From Eledone cirrhosa (taxonomy: Eukaryota), in assembly GCA_964016885.1 (NCBI GenBank), contig OZ024743.1, positions 172,608,001-172,672,000 of the forward strand: a stretch of 64,000 bases of DNA, written 5' to 3'. Within the stretch, counting starts at the first letter, position 1; the number at the start of each line of letters is the position of its first letter. The translations under genes and the position numbers were made by a program. Of this stretch, positions 42,586-55,842 are shown in pieces. The notes below the pieces were generated by a model. The model ran no database searches, was not told where the DNA came from, and saw only the letters and a program-made list of their open reading frames with translations.

Positions 42586-45500
42586 GGAGAGAGAGAGAAA
42601 TATCTGGACGCTCAGCGGCAATGCCAAAGATAAAGACAAGTTCACCTCTTGGACGAGAATGCGAGCACTCCTCATTGTTTCGACCGCGGACGGCTAACAT
42701 AACCCCATCGCCCCCCGCCCCTCACTGCCCCCAACCCCCAAACGCAATCCAAAACTTCAGAGTTGGTACCATAAATGTAGGCACCCTAAAGGGTCGCGCT
42801 AACGAGGTTGTAGAAATGCTTGAACGTAAGGAGGTCGATGTTTGTTGTATTCAAGAGACCAGGTGCAGAGGTGGGTCTGCTAGATTCATTGAGAGTAAAA
42901 AACGATGTTATAAGCTTTTCTGGATGGGAAACGACGATGGGCTGGGTGGAGTAGGAATCATGGTAGCAGAAAAGTGGGCAGATAAGATAATAGACGTAAA
43001 TAGAGTGAACGACAGAATAATTAAAATCCGACTTGTCCTCAATAGAACTACAGTGACAGTAATATCTGCGTACGCACCCCAATCCGGACTGCCCGGCACT
43101 ATAAAAGACAGATTCTATGAGACACTGATGCTAACTACCTCCCAAATATCCGACAGTGACTATATAATTATCGCAGGCGACCTAAATGGTCACGTTGGAC
43201 AACATTGTGACGGCTACGACGAAATCCATGGAGGCTATGGGTTTGGTACTAGAAATGAGGAAGGCTCCAGAATCCTGGAATTCTGTGATGCAAATAACCT
43301 AACTATCTGTAACACTAACTTCAAAAAACGTGACAATCACCTGATCACCTATAGATCCGGGGAACACACAAGCCAGGTAGATTATATCCTTACCAGAAGA
43401 CGTGACAGAGTGTCTGTTGTAAACACTAAATCCCTCTCCCATGAAGAATGCACCTCCCAACATAGACTGATAATTAGCGACCTCATAGTCAGGACGAGAC
43501 GTACTCGGCAGCAGAAGAGGACTATCCTCAGGAGAAAAATATGGAAGCTAAAGGACCCCACAGCCAGGAATAAATTTCAAAGCATATTACTTGATGCTTT
43601 CGACAGTAAGGAAGAACATTTAGAGTCGGACAATATAGAGGGAGAGTGGGAATTTCTGAAAGCAAACCTGCTGTTGGCGACAGACGAAGTCTGTGGCTGG
43701 AGCAGGCCTGTAGGCAGGAGGAGAGTAACATGGTGGTGGAACAGTAAGGTGGAGGGGTCAATTAAGGCCAAAAAGCAGGCTTGGAAAGTATGGCGGGATG
43801 GGGGAAGTAGAGAAGACTATCAAGTGGCCAGGAGGGAAGCTAGGAGACAAGTGTACTTAGCAAGGAGGGAAGCTGAGGAAAGAAAGTTCAAGCATGTTCT
43901 ACAACGCGATGACCAAAAACGTGAGGTGTTCAGGATTGCTAGGCAATGCGTCAAGGAAAACCGTGATATTGTCGGGGAGAAGTGTGTACTAAACGACGAT
44001 GGCACACTTGCCATCACCGACGCTGATAAGAAGGTAGCTTGGAAGTGTCACTATGAAAGGCTACTAAATGAGGAGAATAAATGGGAGAAAGACAGTCTCC
44101 CCCATATCGACCCAATAGAGGGACCAGCAGTGTTAGTCGAGGGGAGTATAATAAGTAAGGCAATCAAGGATATGAAGACAGGTAGGGCGGCTGGGCCTTC
44201 GGAAATGGTTGCTGAGATACTGAAGGCATCTGGCACGGTGGGACACACCATGGTCACCCGCATAGTTAACCAAGTCGTACAGAATGGGGTTGTTCCGAAG
44301 GACTGGCATAGCAGCATCATCGTTAACTGTTATAAGGGTAAAGGAGACGCCCTAGATAGGAGTAACTATAGAGGCATTAAATTAATCGACCAGGTCATGA
44401 AGGTCACGGAAAAAGTAATAGCGCAACTAATCAGAGAGAGAATTGACCTAGATGAAATGCAGTTCGGGTTTGTGTCAGGCAAAAGTACCACAGACGCTCT
44501 TTTCATAGTACGACAACTACAGGAGAAGTACCTAGCTAAAGGTAAACCCCTCTACTTAGCTTTTGTCGACTTGGAGAAAGCCTTCGACAGAGTCCCCCGC
44601 TCCATTATCTGGTGGGCTCTTAGAAAACTAGGCGTTGACGAATGGCTTGTGAGGGCTATACAAGCCATGTATAAAGAAACAGTCAGCAAGGTTAGAATTA
44701 ACAACGAATATAGTGAAGAGTTTAGCGTAAAAGTTGGCGTCCATCAGGGCTCTGTTCTCAGCCCACTACTATTTATTATTGCCCTTCAGGCTATAACAGA
44801 GGAGTTCAAGACAGGCTGCCCATGGGAACTCCTATACGCAGACGACCTGACACTCATAGCGGAATCAATGGCCGAGCTAGAGAAGAAATTCCAAACATGG
44901 AAGCACGGCCTAGAGTCAAAAGGACTTAAAATTAACCTGGCTAAGACCAAAGTACTAGTTTGTAGGAAAGAAAACAAGGCGGCGGTCCCTTCTGGGAAAT
45001 GGTCGTGCTCGGTGTGTAGGAAAGGCGTAGGTAGAAACTCCATTTTATGTCCTAAATGCAAAGTATGGGTGCATAAAAGATGTAGTGGGATCACAGGTAA
45101 GCTAACTAAGAACATAGATTTTACATGTGGCCGGTGTTCTGGTGCAATAAGTAGCAGCAAGTGCCCACAAAATACTAGCTCTTTCAATTGCGCAGAGGGT
45201 TCTATAGAAATAGTGGACAGCTTCCGTTACCTGGGCGATAAAATCAGCAGTGGGGGAGGGTGCTCTGAAAGTACTGTAGCTAGAGTCAGAACTGGTTGGA
45301 AAAAGTTCAGAGAGCTTATACCACTATTAGCTGCTAAAGGGTTCTCCCTAAAAATGAAAGGCAGGTTGTACGATGCCTGCATACGAACAGCAATGCTGCA
45401 TGGCAGTGAGACCTGGGCATTGTGTGCAGAGGATATACGCAGACTAGAGAGGAACGAAGCTTGCATGCTCCGCTGGATGTGTAACAGTAATATACGTGAA

Positions 45501-46187
45501 CGGCAAAGCATAAACGAACTAAGGAAAAAATTAGAGATAAGAGGGATCAGATGTTGTTTACTCGAGAGAAGGCTACGTTGGTATGGACACGTGATGCGCA
45601 TGAAAGTCGATAGCTGTATAACAAAGTGCAGGGCAATAAAGATAGACGGTAGTCACGGAATAGGCAGACCTAGAAAAACATGGGACGAGCTGATAAACTC
45701 CGACATCACACACTTACACCTCTCCAAGACAATGTCACTGGACCGAGACCTTTGGCGGTACTCAGTAACAGAGAAGACCCGCCTTACCTAAATATATAGT
45801 AAAACCTACTCAAGCCAGTAGGCATCTCTAACAAAATACACCCCGTCCCACCACCACCACCCCCACCCCATCCACACTACCCCGTTCTATGTAAAGTTAT
45901 GTTGGTGCCGCGCCATCGAGGCCGAAACAAATGAGATCGTGTAGGTGTCACGACAAAAAACACACAGTCCACGCTGTAATGTGGCCGTGTAGGCAACACG
46001 GTAAAAACCTCCCAGACCCACACTGTAAATGTGGTTGGTGTTAGGAAGGGCATCCAACTGTAGAAAACCTGCCAGACAGTCCTATGCGAGCAAGACAATC
46101 ACTCTTGCCTCAAGTGGGACTACCCCCGTCCAAACCCATGCAAGCGTGGAACACGGACGTTAAACGTTGATGATGATGATGATGATG
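42586..46187 (+). mobile_element. Apparently full-length RTE-clade LINE
   Basis: Single long ORF, ~370-bp 3' UTR and a (gat)n tail. Confidence 0.92.
42621..45791 (+). CDS. RTE LINE polyprotein: APE endonuclease, reverse transcriptase and PHD-type zinc finger (1056 aa)
   Basis: GTINVGTL, CIQETR, SAYAPQ, GDLNGHVG, DYIL and SQHRL (APE). QFGF, FVDLEKAFD, GVHQGSVLSP and YADDL (RT). LRWYGHV and GRPRKTW. No stops or frameshifts. Confidence 0.95.
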   Translation: MPKIKTSSPLGRECEHSSLFRPRTANITPSPPAPHCPQPPNAIQNFRVGTINVGTLKGRANEVVEMLERKEVDVCCIQETRCRGGSARFIESKKRCYKLFWMGNDDGLGGVGIMVAEKWADKIIDVNRVNDRIIKIRLVLNRTTVTVISAYAPQSGLPGTIKDRFYETLMLTTSQISDSDYIIIAGDLNGHVGQHCDGYDEIHGGYGFGTRNEEGSRILEFCDANNLTICNTNFKKRDNHLITYRSGEHTSQVDYILTRRRDRVSVVNTKSLSHEECTSQHRLIISDLIVRTRRTRQQKRTILRRKIWKLKDPTARNKFQSILLDAFDSKEEHLESDNIEGEWEFLKANLLLATDEVCGWSRPVGRRRVTWWWNSKVEGSIKAKKQAWKVWRDGGSREDYQVARREARRQVYLARREAEERKFKHVLQRDDQKREVFRIARQCVKENRDIVGEKCVLNDDGTLAITDADKKVAWKCHYERLLNEENKWEKDSLPHIDPIEGPAVLVEGSIISKAIKDMKTGRAAGPSEMVAEILKASGTVGHTMVTRIVNQVVQNGVVPKDWHSSIIVNCYKGKGDALDRSNYRGIKLIDQVMKVTEKVIAQLIRERIDLDEMQFGFVSGKSTTDALFIVRQLQEKYLAKGKPLYLAFVDLEKAFDRVPRSIIWWALRKLGVDEWLVRAIQAMYKETVSKVRINNEYSEEFSVKVGVHQGSVLSPLLFIIALQAITEEFKTGCPWELLYADDLTLIAESMAELEKKFQTWKHGLESKGLKINLAKTKVLVCRKENKAAVPSGKWSCSVCRKGVGRNSILCPKCKVWVHKRCSGITGKLTKNIDFTCGRCSGAISSSKCPQNTSSFNCAEGSIEIVDSFRYLGDKISSGGGCSESTVARVRTGWKKFRELIPLLAAKGFSLKMKGRLYDACIRTAMLHGSETWALCAEDIRRLERNEACMLRWMCNSNIRERQSINELRKKLEIRGIRCCLLERRLRWYGHVMRMKVDSCITKCRAIKIDGSHGIGRPRKTWDELINSDITHLHLSKTMSLDRDLWRYSVTEKTRLT

Positions 46188-46192
46188 ATACA

Positions 46193-46411
46193 TATATGTT
46201 CACATGCATACGCATGTCGAAAAAAAGTATGTAAATACAAAAATTCAGGGATAATGTCTCTGTATGTTTATAATCTACAGATAAAATACACATACGCATA
46301 TTAACATATATAGATTCATATATATATATATACAATATATAACATATATAGATTCATATATATATATATATACAATATATAACATATATAGATTCATATA
46401 TATATATATAT

Positions 46412-46449
<38 letters not shown>

Positions 46450-46509
46450 ATATATATATATATTTATATATATATACAATATATATATATATATATTTAT
46501 ATATATACA

Positions 46510-46541
<32 letters not shown>

Positions 46542-46952
46542 ACAATATATATATATATATATTTATATATATACAATATATATATATATATACTATATAT
46601 ATACAATATATATATATACTATATATATACAATATATATATATATATACTATATATATATATACTATATATATATACAATATATATATATACTATATATA
46701 TACAATATATATATATATATACTATATATATATATACTATATATATATACAATATATATATATATATATATATACATACAATATATATATATATATATAT
46801 ATACAATATATATATATACAATATATATATATATACTATATATATATATATACAATATATATATATATATATATATATACAATATATATATATACAATAT
46901 ATATATATATATATATATATACAATATATATATATATATATATACAATATAT

Positions 46953-46984
<32 letters not shown>

Positions 46985-47053
46985 CAATATATATATATAT
47001 ATATAATATATATATATATACAATATATATATATATACAATATATATATATAT

Positions 47054-47089
<36 letters not shown>

Positions 47090-47329
47090 ATATATATATA
47101 TATATATACAATATATATATATATACAATATATATATATATATATAATATATATATATATACAATATATATATATATATATAATATATATATACAATATA
47201 TATATATATATATAATATATATATACAATATATATATATATATATACAATATATATATATATATATACAATATATATATATATATACAATATATATATAT
47301 ATATATACAATATATATATATATATATAT

Positions 47330-47367
<38 letters not shown>

Positions 47368-47723
47368 ATATATATACAATATATATATATATATTTATAT
47401 ATATATTTATATATATATATATATTTATATATATACAATATATATATATATATTTATATATATATACAATATATATATATATATTTATATATATATACAA
47501 TATATATATATATATTTATATATATACAATATATATATATATATTTATATATATATACAATATATATATATATATTTATATATATACAATATATATATAT
47601 ATATTTATATATATACAATATATATATATACTATATATATATATATATATATATACAATATATATATATATATATATATATACAATATATATATATATAT
47701 ATATACAATATATATATATATAT

Positions 47724-47788
<65 letters not shown>

Positions 47789-48282
47789 TTAAAAAATAAT
47801 AATGAATAAAACAATGAAACAGTTCCTTATATTAAACAAAAAAAGTTCATTATTTAACGATCGTTTCTAGGACATATATGTGTTAGAATTGGTATGCATA
47901 TTCAAGAGATCTATGTACAAAATTATACAAAATTATACAAATTATCAAATATAATATACATGCCAACACATACATATGCCGTCTTCAGAAATAATGAAAT
48001 ATATTTATTGATAATAACAACAATTCAAAATTACAGGTCTGTTTGGGAACAGAGTTCAAATTGACCAATGAAATACACAAAAATATATCAAGAAAATACA
48101 GTTAGGTGTGTGTATATATGTAAGTAACTTCGTTCACAGATATGCATAAAAATATATGTTCACATGCATACGCATGTCGAAAAAATGTATGTAAATACAA
48201 AAATTCAGGGATAATGTCTCTGTATGTTTATAATCTACAGATAAAATACACATACGCATATAAACATATATAGATTCATATA
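46193..48282 (+). repeat. ~130-bp direct repeats (46193-46322 and 48153-48282) bracketing a ~1.45-kb (TA)n/CAA tract and a short unique segment
   Basis: atatatgttcacatgcatacgcatgtcg...catatatagattcatata occurs twice. Confidence 0.85.
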
Positions 48283-48609
48283 TACACACATATATATACA
48301 CATTCACACACACACGCGCATATACACATAAACATATACATACCCACGAACATACACACACACACACACACATATGTATATATTATTATTATAACTATAT
48401 GGATATTTAGGTGCACATATAAACACTGCCACATATATTTTTACATCCAGATGCAGAAGTGGGTAAGGGGGTCAGTAATTACTAAGGGTGTCAGAGAACT
48501 GCCTATTTATAAAATGTATTTATAAATTTAGAAATAAAAAGAAATATATTAAAAAAAAATATATAAACAAGTAAAATATATACTCATACATAAAATACAC
48601 ACCGATATA

Positions 48610-48622
48610 GATATATATATAT

Positions 48623-48671
<49 letters not shown>

Positions 48672-49036
48672 CATATATACACACATACATACATACATAC
48701 ATACATAGAGACACATATACATATATAAATACATAGACACACATATATATATACATATATTTACAACACACATACATATATACACATATATGTACACACA
48801 CATACACACACATATATATATACACACATATACATACATACACATATATATACACACATATGTACACACAAATATACATATATATATACATACACACACA
48901 CATATATATATACACACACATACATATACGTATATATACACACACATACACTTATCCATGTATGTATATACACATACAACCACACGCTCACACAACTCAG
49001 ACATACATAAATAAAGAGATATACATACACACATAT

Positions 49037-49071
<35 letters not shown>

Positions 49072-49126
49072 AATACATACACATAAATATATACACACAC
49101 ACACACATATACATACACTCATACAT

Positions 49127-49163
<37 letters not shown>

Positions 49164-49978
49164 CACACATATATATATATATATATACAATATATATATA
49201 TATATACTATATATATATATTATATATATATATATATATATACAATATATATATATATACTATATATATATATATATATACTATATATATATATATACAA
49301 TATATATATATACTATATATATATATATACAATATATATATATATATACAATATATATATATATACAATATATATATATATACAATATATATATATATAC
49401 AATATATATATATATATACTATATATATATACAATATATATATATATATACAATATATATATATATATACAATATATATATATATACAATATATATATAT
49501 ATACTATATATACAATATATATATATATATATACTATATATATATATATATACAATATATATATATATATACAATATATATATATATACAATATATATAT
49601 ATATACTATATATACAATATATATATATATATATACTATATATATATATACTATATATATATATACTATATATATATATATATATATACAATATATATAT
49701 ATATATACGATATATATATATACAATATATATATATATATACGATATATATATATACAATATATATATATATACAATATATATATATATACAAAATATAT
49801 ATATATACAAAATATATATATATATACTATATATATATACTATATATATATATACTATATATATATATACTATATATATATATACTATATATATATCATA
49901 TATATATATATAGAATATATATATATAATATATATATATATACAATATATATATATATATATACTATATATATATATA

Positions 49979-50040
<62 letters not shown>
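48610..50040. repeat. Compound (TA)n/(CA)n microsatellite
   Basis: Seen directly. Confidence 0.95.
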
Positions 50041-50043
<3 letters not shown>

Positions 50044-50086
50044 AATAAATAACAAAGAACGCTTATAGCATATGCATATCTTTACT

Positions 50087-50132
50087 TGCTAACATTGTTT
50101 CATCCGCACTATAAGTGGGACTCATCAGAGCA
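50087..50132 (-). ncRNA. Minimal type I hammerhead ribozyme (left arm)
   Basis: Reverse complement of 52575-52620. Confidence 0.75.
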
Positions 50133-50716
50133 TAAAGGTTAATTACATACCATACAAGCAATAACAAATCCAAGACATTGAAGAATGAAAGGTAATAATA
50201 GACGATAGAGGATAAGAATAAAAATAAAAATAAAAGTAAAAATAAAAATAAAAATAAAAATAAGGGGTGCTATCAGTCACAGTTGGGCGGGGTGTTGTCA
50301 ACATATAGTTACATACAAGCATACACATGGATAAGAGTACAGACAAGAGTAGACACATGGATAAGAGAACAGACAAGAGTAGATAAGATAATGGGATTAG
50401 GTAAGAGTAGGTAAAAAATAGGTGGAAAACAGACTTATAATATATATAAAAAGAAATACAAAGAAATACATAACAAACTTACATATAAAATATAAAAAAT
50501 AAAATATAGGGTAAGGAATGAGATAAAATAATATAAAATTAAAAATTAAAAATTATATACATAGAACATAATATAGTATAATCGTAAAATAAGATAAAAT
50601 AAGGTAAACTAAAATCAAATAACATAGACTAAATTAAAATAATATAATATAAGATATAATTAAATGTATAATTAAATGTAATTAAATGTAATTAAATAAA
50701 ATAAAATAAAATAAAA

Positions 50717-50747
<31 letters not shown>

Positions 50748-50830
50748 AAATTAAAAATTAAATAAATAAATAAAATTAAAATTTAAATTTTAAAATTTTA
50801 AAATTTCAAAATTAAAATTTAAATTTAAAT

Positions 50831-50874
<44 letters not shown>

Positions 50875-51819
50875 ATGGAGTCAAGTAAGTAAATAAATAA
50901 AATTAGATAACATGAAATGAAATAAAATGAAATAAAGTAAATTGAGATAAGATATATATTTTTTTAGAATATATCTCTTGAATATATCAGGGGCCCACGA
51001 AGGCACTATATTACCTGTGGTGGTGGGTCTGGTCTAATGTGGTATTTCGGTGTTTAATATCGTATTTAATATCGTATTTAATATCGGCTTTGACCCAGGT
51101 GTCCTACGCTGTGTGTGTGTGCGTGTGTGTCCGTGTATACATTTATATGTGTATGGGTGTAGGTGGTTATATGTGTCTGTGTATATATATAAAAAAAATA
51201 TATATATATATATATGTATACCGTCTCTGCATATGCATGTGGTGTGTATACGTGCATATACGTGCTGAACATATTGATGTGTACAATCTTGTGATGTCCC
51301 AATGCGGTGACTTAATGGCTTTTTATATATCTTCTGTCTTTATATATATTTTGTATGCGCTACAACTGTATCTGCTTGCTTTAATCTCACCTCGCTTGCT
51401 AATGCATGTGAATTCTTCTACCTCCTTTGATGCACCTCTCTGACCAATTGACTCCTGCCCGTGTGTGAACCGGTTTGTGATTACCCCACCGCTCAACTGT
51501 GTGAATGCACACCCATGACTTTCGAGTGAACTTTCGAGACTGCCCAACCTGGGACGCCTCCATTGCCTTGCAATGGTCAAGTGATACTGGTGACTGTGAC
51601 ACTTAGTGCCTTCGTGGGCCCCTGATGTTTTCATGAAAAATATTTTTTAAAAAATTGGTCAAGTGATACATATAACTGTGACATTTAGTGCCTTCGTGGG
51701 CCCCTGATATATTCAAGAGATATATTCTAAAAAAATATATATCTTATCTCAATTTACTTTATTTCATTTTATTTCATTTCATGTTATCTAATTTTATTTA
51801 TTTACTTACTTGACTCCAT

Positions 51820-51863
<44 letters not shown>

Positions 51864-51940
51864 ATTTTAATTTTAATTTTGAAATTTTAAAATTTTAAAA
51901 TTTAAATTTTAATTTTATTTATTTATTTAATTTTTAATTT

Positions 51941-51979
<39 letters not shown>

Positions 51980-52574
51980 TTTTATTTTATTTTATTTTAT
52001 TTAATTACATTTAATTACATTTAATTATACATTTAATTATATCTTATATTATATTATTTTAATTTAGTCTATGTTATTTGATTTTAGTTTACCTTATTTT
52101 ATCTTATTTTACGATTATACTATATTATGTTCTATGTATATAATTTTTAATTTTTAATTTTATATTATTTTATCTCATTCCTTACCCTATATTTTATTTT
52201 TTATATTTTATATGTAAGTTTGTTATGTATTTCTTTGTATTTCTTTTTATATATATTATAAGTCTGTTTTCCACCTATTTTTTACCTATTTTTTACCTAC
52301 TCTTACCTAATCCCATTATCTTATCTACTCTTGTCTGTTCTCTTATCCATGTGTCTACTCTTGTCTGTACTCTTATCCATGTGTATGCTTGTATGTAACT
52401 ATATGTTGACAACACCCCGCCCAACTGTGACTGATAGCACCCCTTATTTTTATTTTTAATTTTATTTTTACTTTTATTTTTATTTTTATTCTTATCCTCT
52501 ATCGTCTATTATTACCTTTCATTCTTCAATGTCTTGGATTTGTTATTGCTTGTATGGTATGTAATTAACCTTTA

Positions 52575-52620
52575 TGCTCTGATGAGTCCCACTTATAGTG
52601 CGGATGAAACAATGTTAGCA
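52575..52620 (+). ncRNA. Minimal type I hammerhead ribozyme (right arm)
   Basis: TGCT-CTGATGA-GTCC cacttatagtg c GGAT-GAAA-CaatG-TT-AGCA. Confidence 0.75.
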
Positions 52621-52906
52621 AGTAAAGATATGCATATGCTATAAGCGTTCTTTGTTATTTATTTATTATATTACGGCTCTGTCCTTACATTGAGCTAACC
52701 TCATACTGCCTGCTGGATAAGTGGAGTGTTATACACCCCTGATCCTTTCCCTAGCATACTATATATATATATATACTATATATATATATATATATATATA
52801 CTGTATATATATATATACTGTATATATATATATATACTGTATATATATATATATATATACTGTATATATATACTATATATATATATATATATATACTGTA
52901 TATATA

Positions 52907-52940
<34 letters not shown>

Positions 52941-53028
52941 TATATATATATATATATATATACTGTATATATATATATACTGTATATATATATATATATA
53001 CTGTATATATATATATATACTATATATA

Positions 53029-53895
53029 TATTTATTAAAATAACAGATTAAAGTTTAAGCAAAGAATCGCTGCTTTCACCCTTAACGGGATCTCTTCGAA
53101 CCTTCATGTATTTATTTGTAGGTATGTGTGTGCGCTTGTTATATACGTATTTATTTACTTATATACGTTTATATAATTATTTATTTATTTGTACACAAGC
53201 ATACACACATACACATTTTTATATGTGCGTGGTTTTGTATACCTATGGTAAGGTTTTGCGTATGCTTGTGTATGTACGTATCTGTTTGCGTGTATGTATT
53301 TATTTGTTCCTATTACTTCTGTATTGTATTTATTTACTTTGTTCTTAACTCTGTAGCGGAGATTCATTTGGTCTCCTAGTTAGAATTTTAGTCTACGACA
53401 TCTGCTATACCATTTACGTGGTTTTGTCTTTGCGTGCTATTGTTCTCCACGCTCCACATATGACTTATTATCTTCGTTTTTTCGTTCATTGCCAGAGAAC
53501 GTCTCTATGCACCACCTAAGAGAACATTAGTCTCCGACCTCTTTTATACCATAAACGTGGTTCTGTCTTTGCACGTAATTGTTTTTCACCGCTCCTATTA
53601 ATGACGTATTATTCGTTTTTTCCCGTTCTTTGCCAGCGAACGTCACCATGAACCAAAGTATCGTCTTCCTGTCTTCCTCCGGTTGCAACGTTTTTTTAAA
53701 TATCCAGTTCTGCGTTTACAGGTTGACTTTGTTAGTTTCAGAAGATCCCGTTAAGGGTGAAAGCTGCGATTCTTTGCTTAAACTTTAATCTGTTATTTTA
53801 ATAAATATCTGCTCTTCAGTTCTTATATATTTGATATATATTTTCCTTATCGAGCCCTCTCTGGATTTTAGTCTTCAATTTTATTATTATTACTA
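53029..53895 (+). mobile_element. Element with ~63-bp terminal inverted repeats and a 3' tail
   Basis: tttattaaaataacagattaaag...aacgggatct / agatcccgtt...ttttaataaa. Tail hairpin at 53811-53855. Relatives at 18127, 61726 and 62281. Confidence 0.8.
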
Positions 53896-54817
53896 TACTA
53901 TATATATATATATATATATATATACTGTATATATATATATACTATATATATACTATATATATATATATACTATATATATACTATATATATATATATACTA
54001 TATATATACTATATATATATATATACTATATATATATATATACTATATATATATATATACTATATATATATATATACTATATATATATATATACTATATA
54101 TATATATATACTATATATATATATACACTATATATATATATACACTATATATATATATACACTATATATATATATATACTATATATATATACTATATATA
54201 TATATACTATATATATATATACTATATATATATATACTATATATATATATATACTATATATATATATATACTATATATATATATATACTATATATATATA
54301 TACTATATATATATATACTATATATATATATACTATATATATATATATACTATATATATATATATACTATATATATATATATATACTATATATATATATA
54401 TACTATATATATATATATACTATATATATATATATACTATATATATATATATACTATATATATATATATACTATATATATATATATACTATATATATATA
54501 TATACTATATATATATATATACTATATATATATATATACTATATATATATATACTATATATATATATACTATATATATATATACTATATATATATATACT
54601 ATATATATATATACTATATATATATATACTATATATATATATACTATATATATATATACTATATATATATACTATATATATATATACTATATATATATAT
54701 ATACTATATATATATATACTATATATATATATACTATATATATATATACTATATATATATATACTATATATATATATACTATATATATATATATATACTA
54801 TATATATATATATACTA
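53896..54817. repeat. (TA)n tract with periodic single-C (ACT) interruptions
   Basis: Seen directly. Confidence 0.95.
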
Positions 54818-55720
54818 TCATCATCATCATCATCATCACCGTTTTACGTCCGTTCTTCCACGCTAGCATGGGTTAGACGGGTTGTCCTGTTGTGGGCAGT
54901 GTCTGGTCGGCTGACCATGCCTTGCTCATACAGGAACTGATCTGGCTTGATTTCTACAGCTGGATGCCCTTCCTAACACCAACCTCATTTACAGTGAGTG
55001 CTGGGTGCTTTTTCGTGGCGCCTACACGTCCACTTTACAGTGTGGGCTGGGTGCTTTTTTGCCGTGGCACCTCCACGACCACCTTGCGGTGGGGGGAGTG
55101 GGGGCATATTGTTTATATGCTTCAGCATGTACCCATGGGAGGTCGGGTACCCTGTATTACTGCGTGACGCCAGAAGTCACGGTCGTGTGTCATTGTCTTT
55201 GAGAGGTGTAGTTGGGTAAGGTCGGCTTTTATCACCTCATCCCAAGTCATCTTGGGTCTCCCCACTCTGCGGTTTCCATCAACTTCTAGTGCTCTGCACC
55301 TTTTTATGCAGCTGTCATACTTCATACGCATCACATGTCCATACCAGCGTAACCGCCTCTCCTGCACGCAGCATTTGATTCCTCTTATGCTCAGTCTCTC
55401 TCTCAATTCCTTTATGCTTTGTCATTCACGTATATTACTGTTACACATCCATCGGAGCATGCAGGCTTCGTTTCTCTCTAATCTACGTAAGTCTTCCACC
55501 TTCAGCGCCCAGGTCTCACTACCATGCAACATCGCTGTTCGGATACACGCATCATACAGTCTGCCTTTCATTCTGAGGGAGAAGCCTTTTGCAGCTAGCA
55601 GTGGTAGTAGTTCCCTAAACTTCTTCCATCCCGTTCTTACCCTAGTTATTGTACTTTCTGAGCACCCACCTCCGTTGCTAATTCGGTCACCTAGGTAGCA
55701 GAAGCTGTCTACTATTTCTA
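54818..55720 (-). mobile_element. RTE LINE 3' fragment (related subfamily)
   Basis: VEIVDSFCYLGDRIS...LRWYGHVMR, 3' UTR and (gat)n tail. Confidence 0.9.
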
Positions 55721-55842
55721 CAATATATATATATATACAATATATATATATATACAATATATATATATATATATACAATATATATATATATATATATATA
55801 TACAATATATATATATACAATATATATATATACAATATATAC

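Larger units (their letters stand above)
50040..52758 (+). mobile_element. Largest fold-back element: ~970-bp arms (50040-~51007 and ~51686-52668), ~680-bp spacer and a 3' tail
   Basis: Near-identical inverted arms. Hammerheads at 50087-50132 (-) and 52575-52620 (+). Tail hairpin at 52676-52695. Confidence 0.92.

Noticed and set aside
42610-42705. Possible HDV-like ribozyme at the RTE 5' end (GGCAAT/ATTGTT, GAG/CTC, CCG-cgga-CGG-CTAA)
   Set aside because: L3 and P2 are too short and no P1.1 is evident, so a canonical fold could not be built by eye.
41254-45601. Antisense ORFs over the RTE copies
   Set aside because: They are shadow frames of the LINE ORF.
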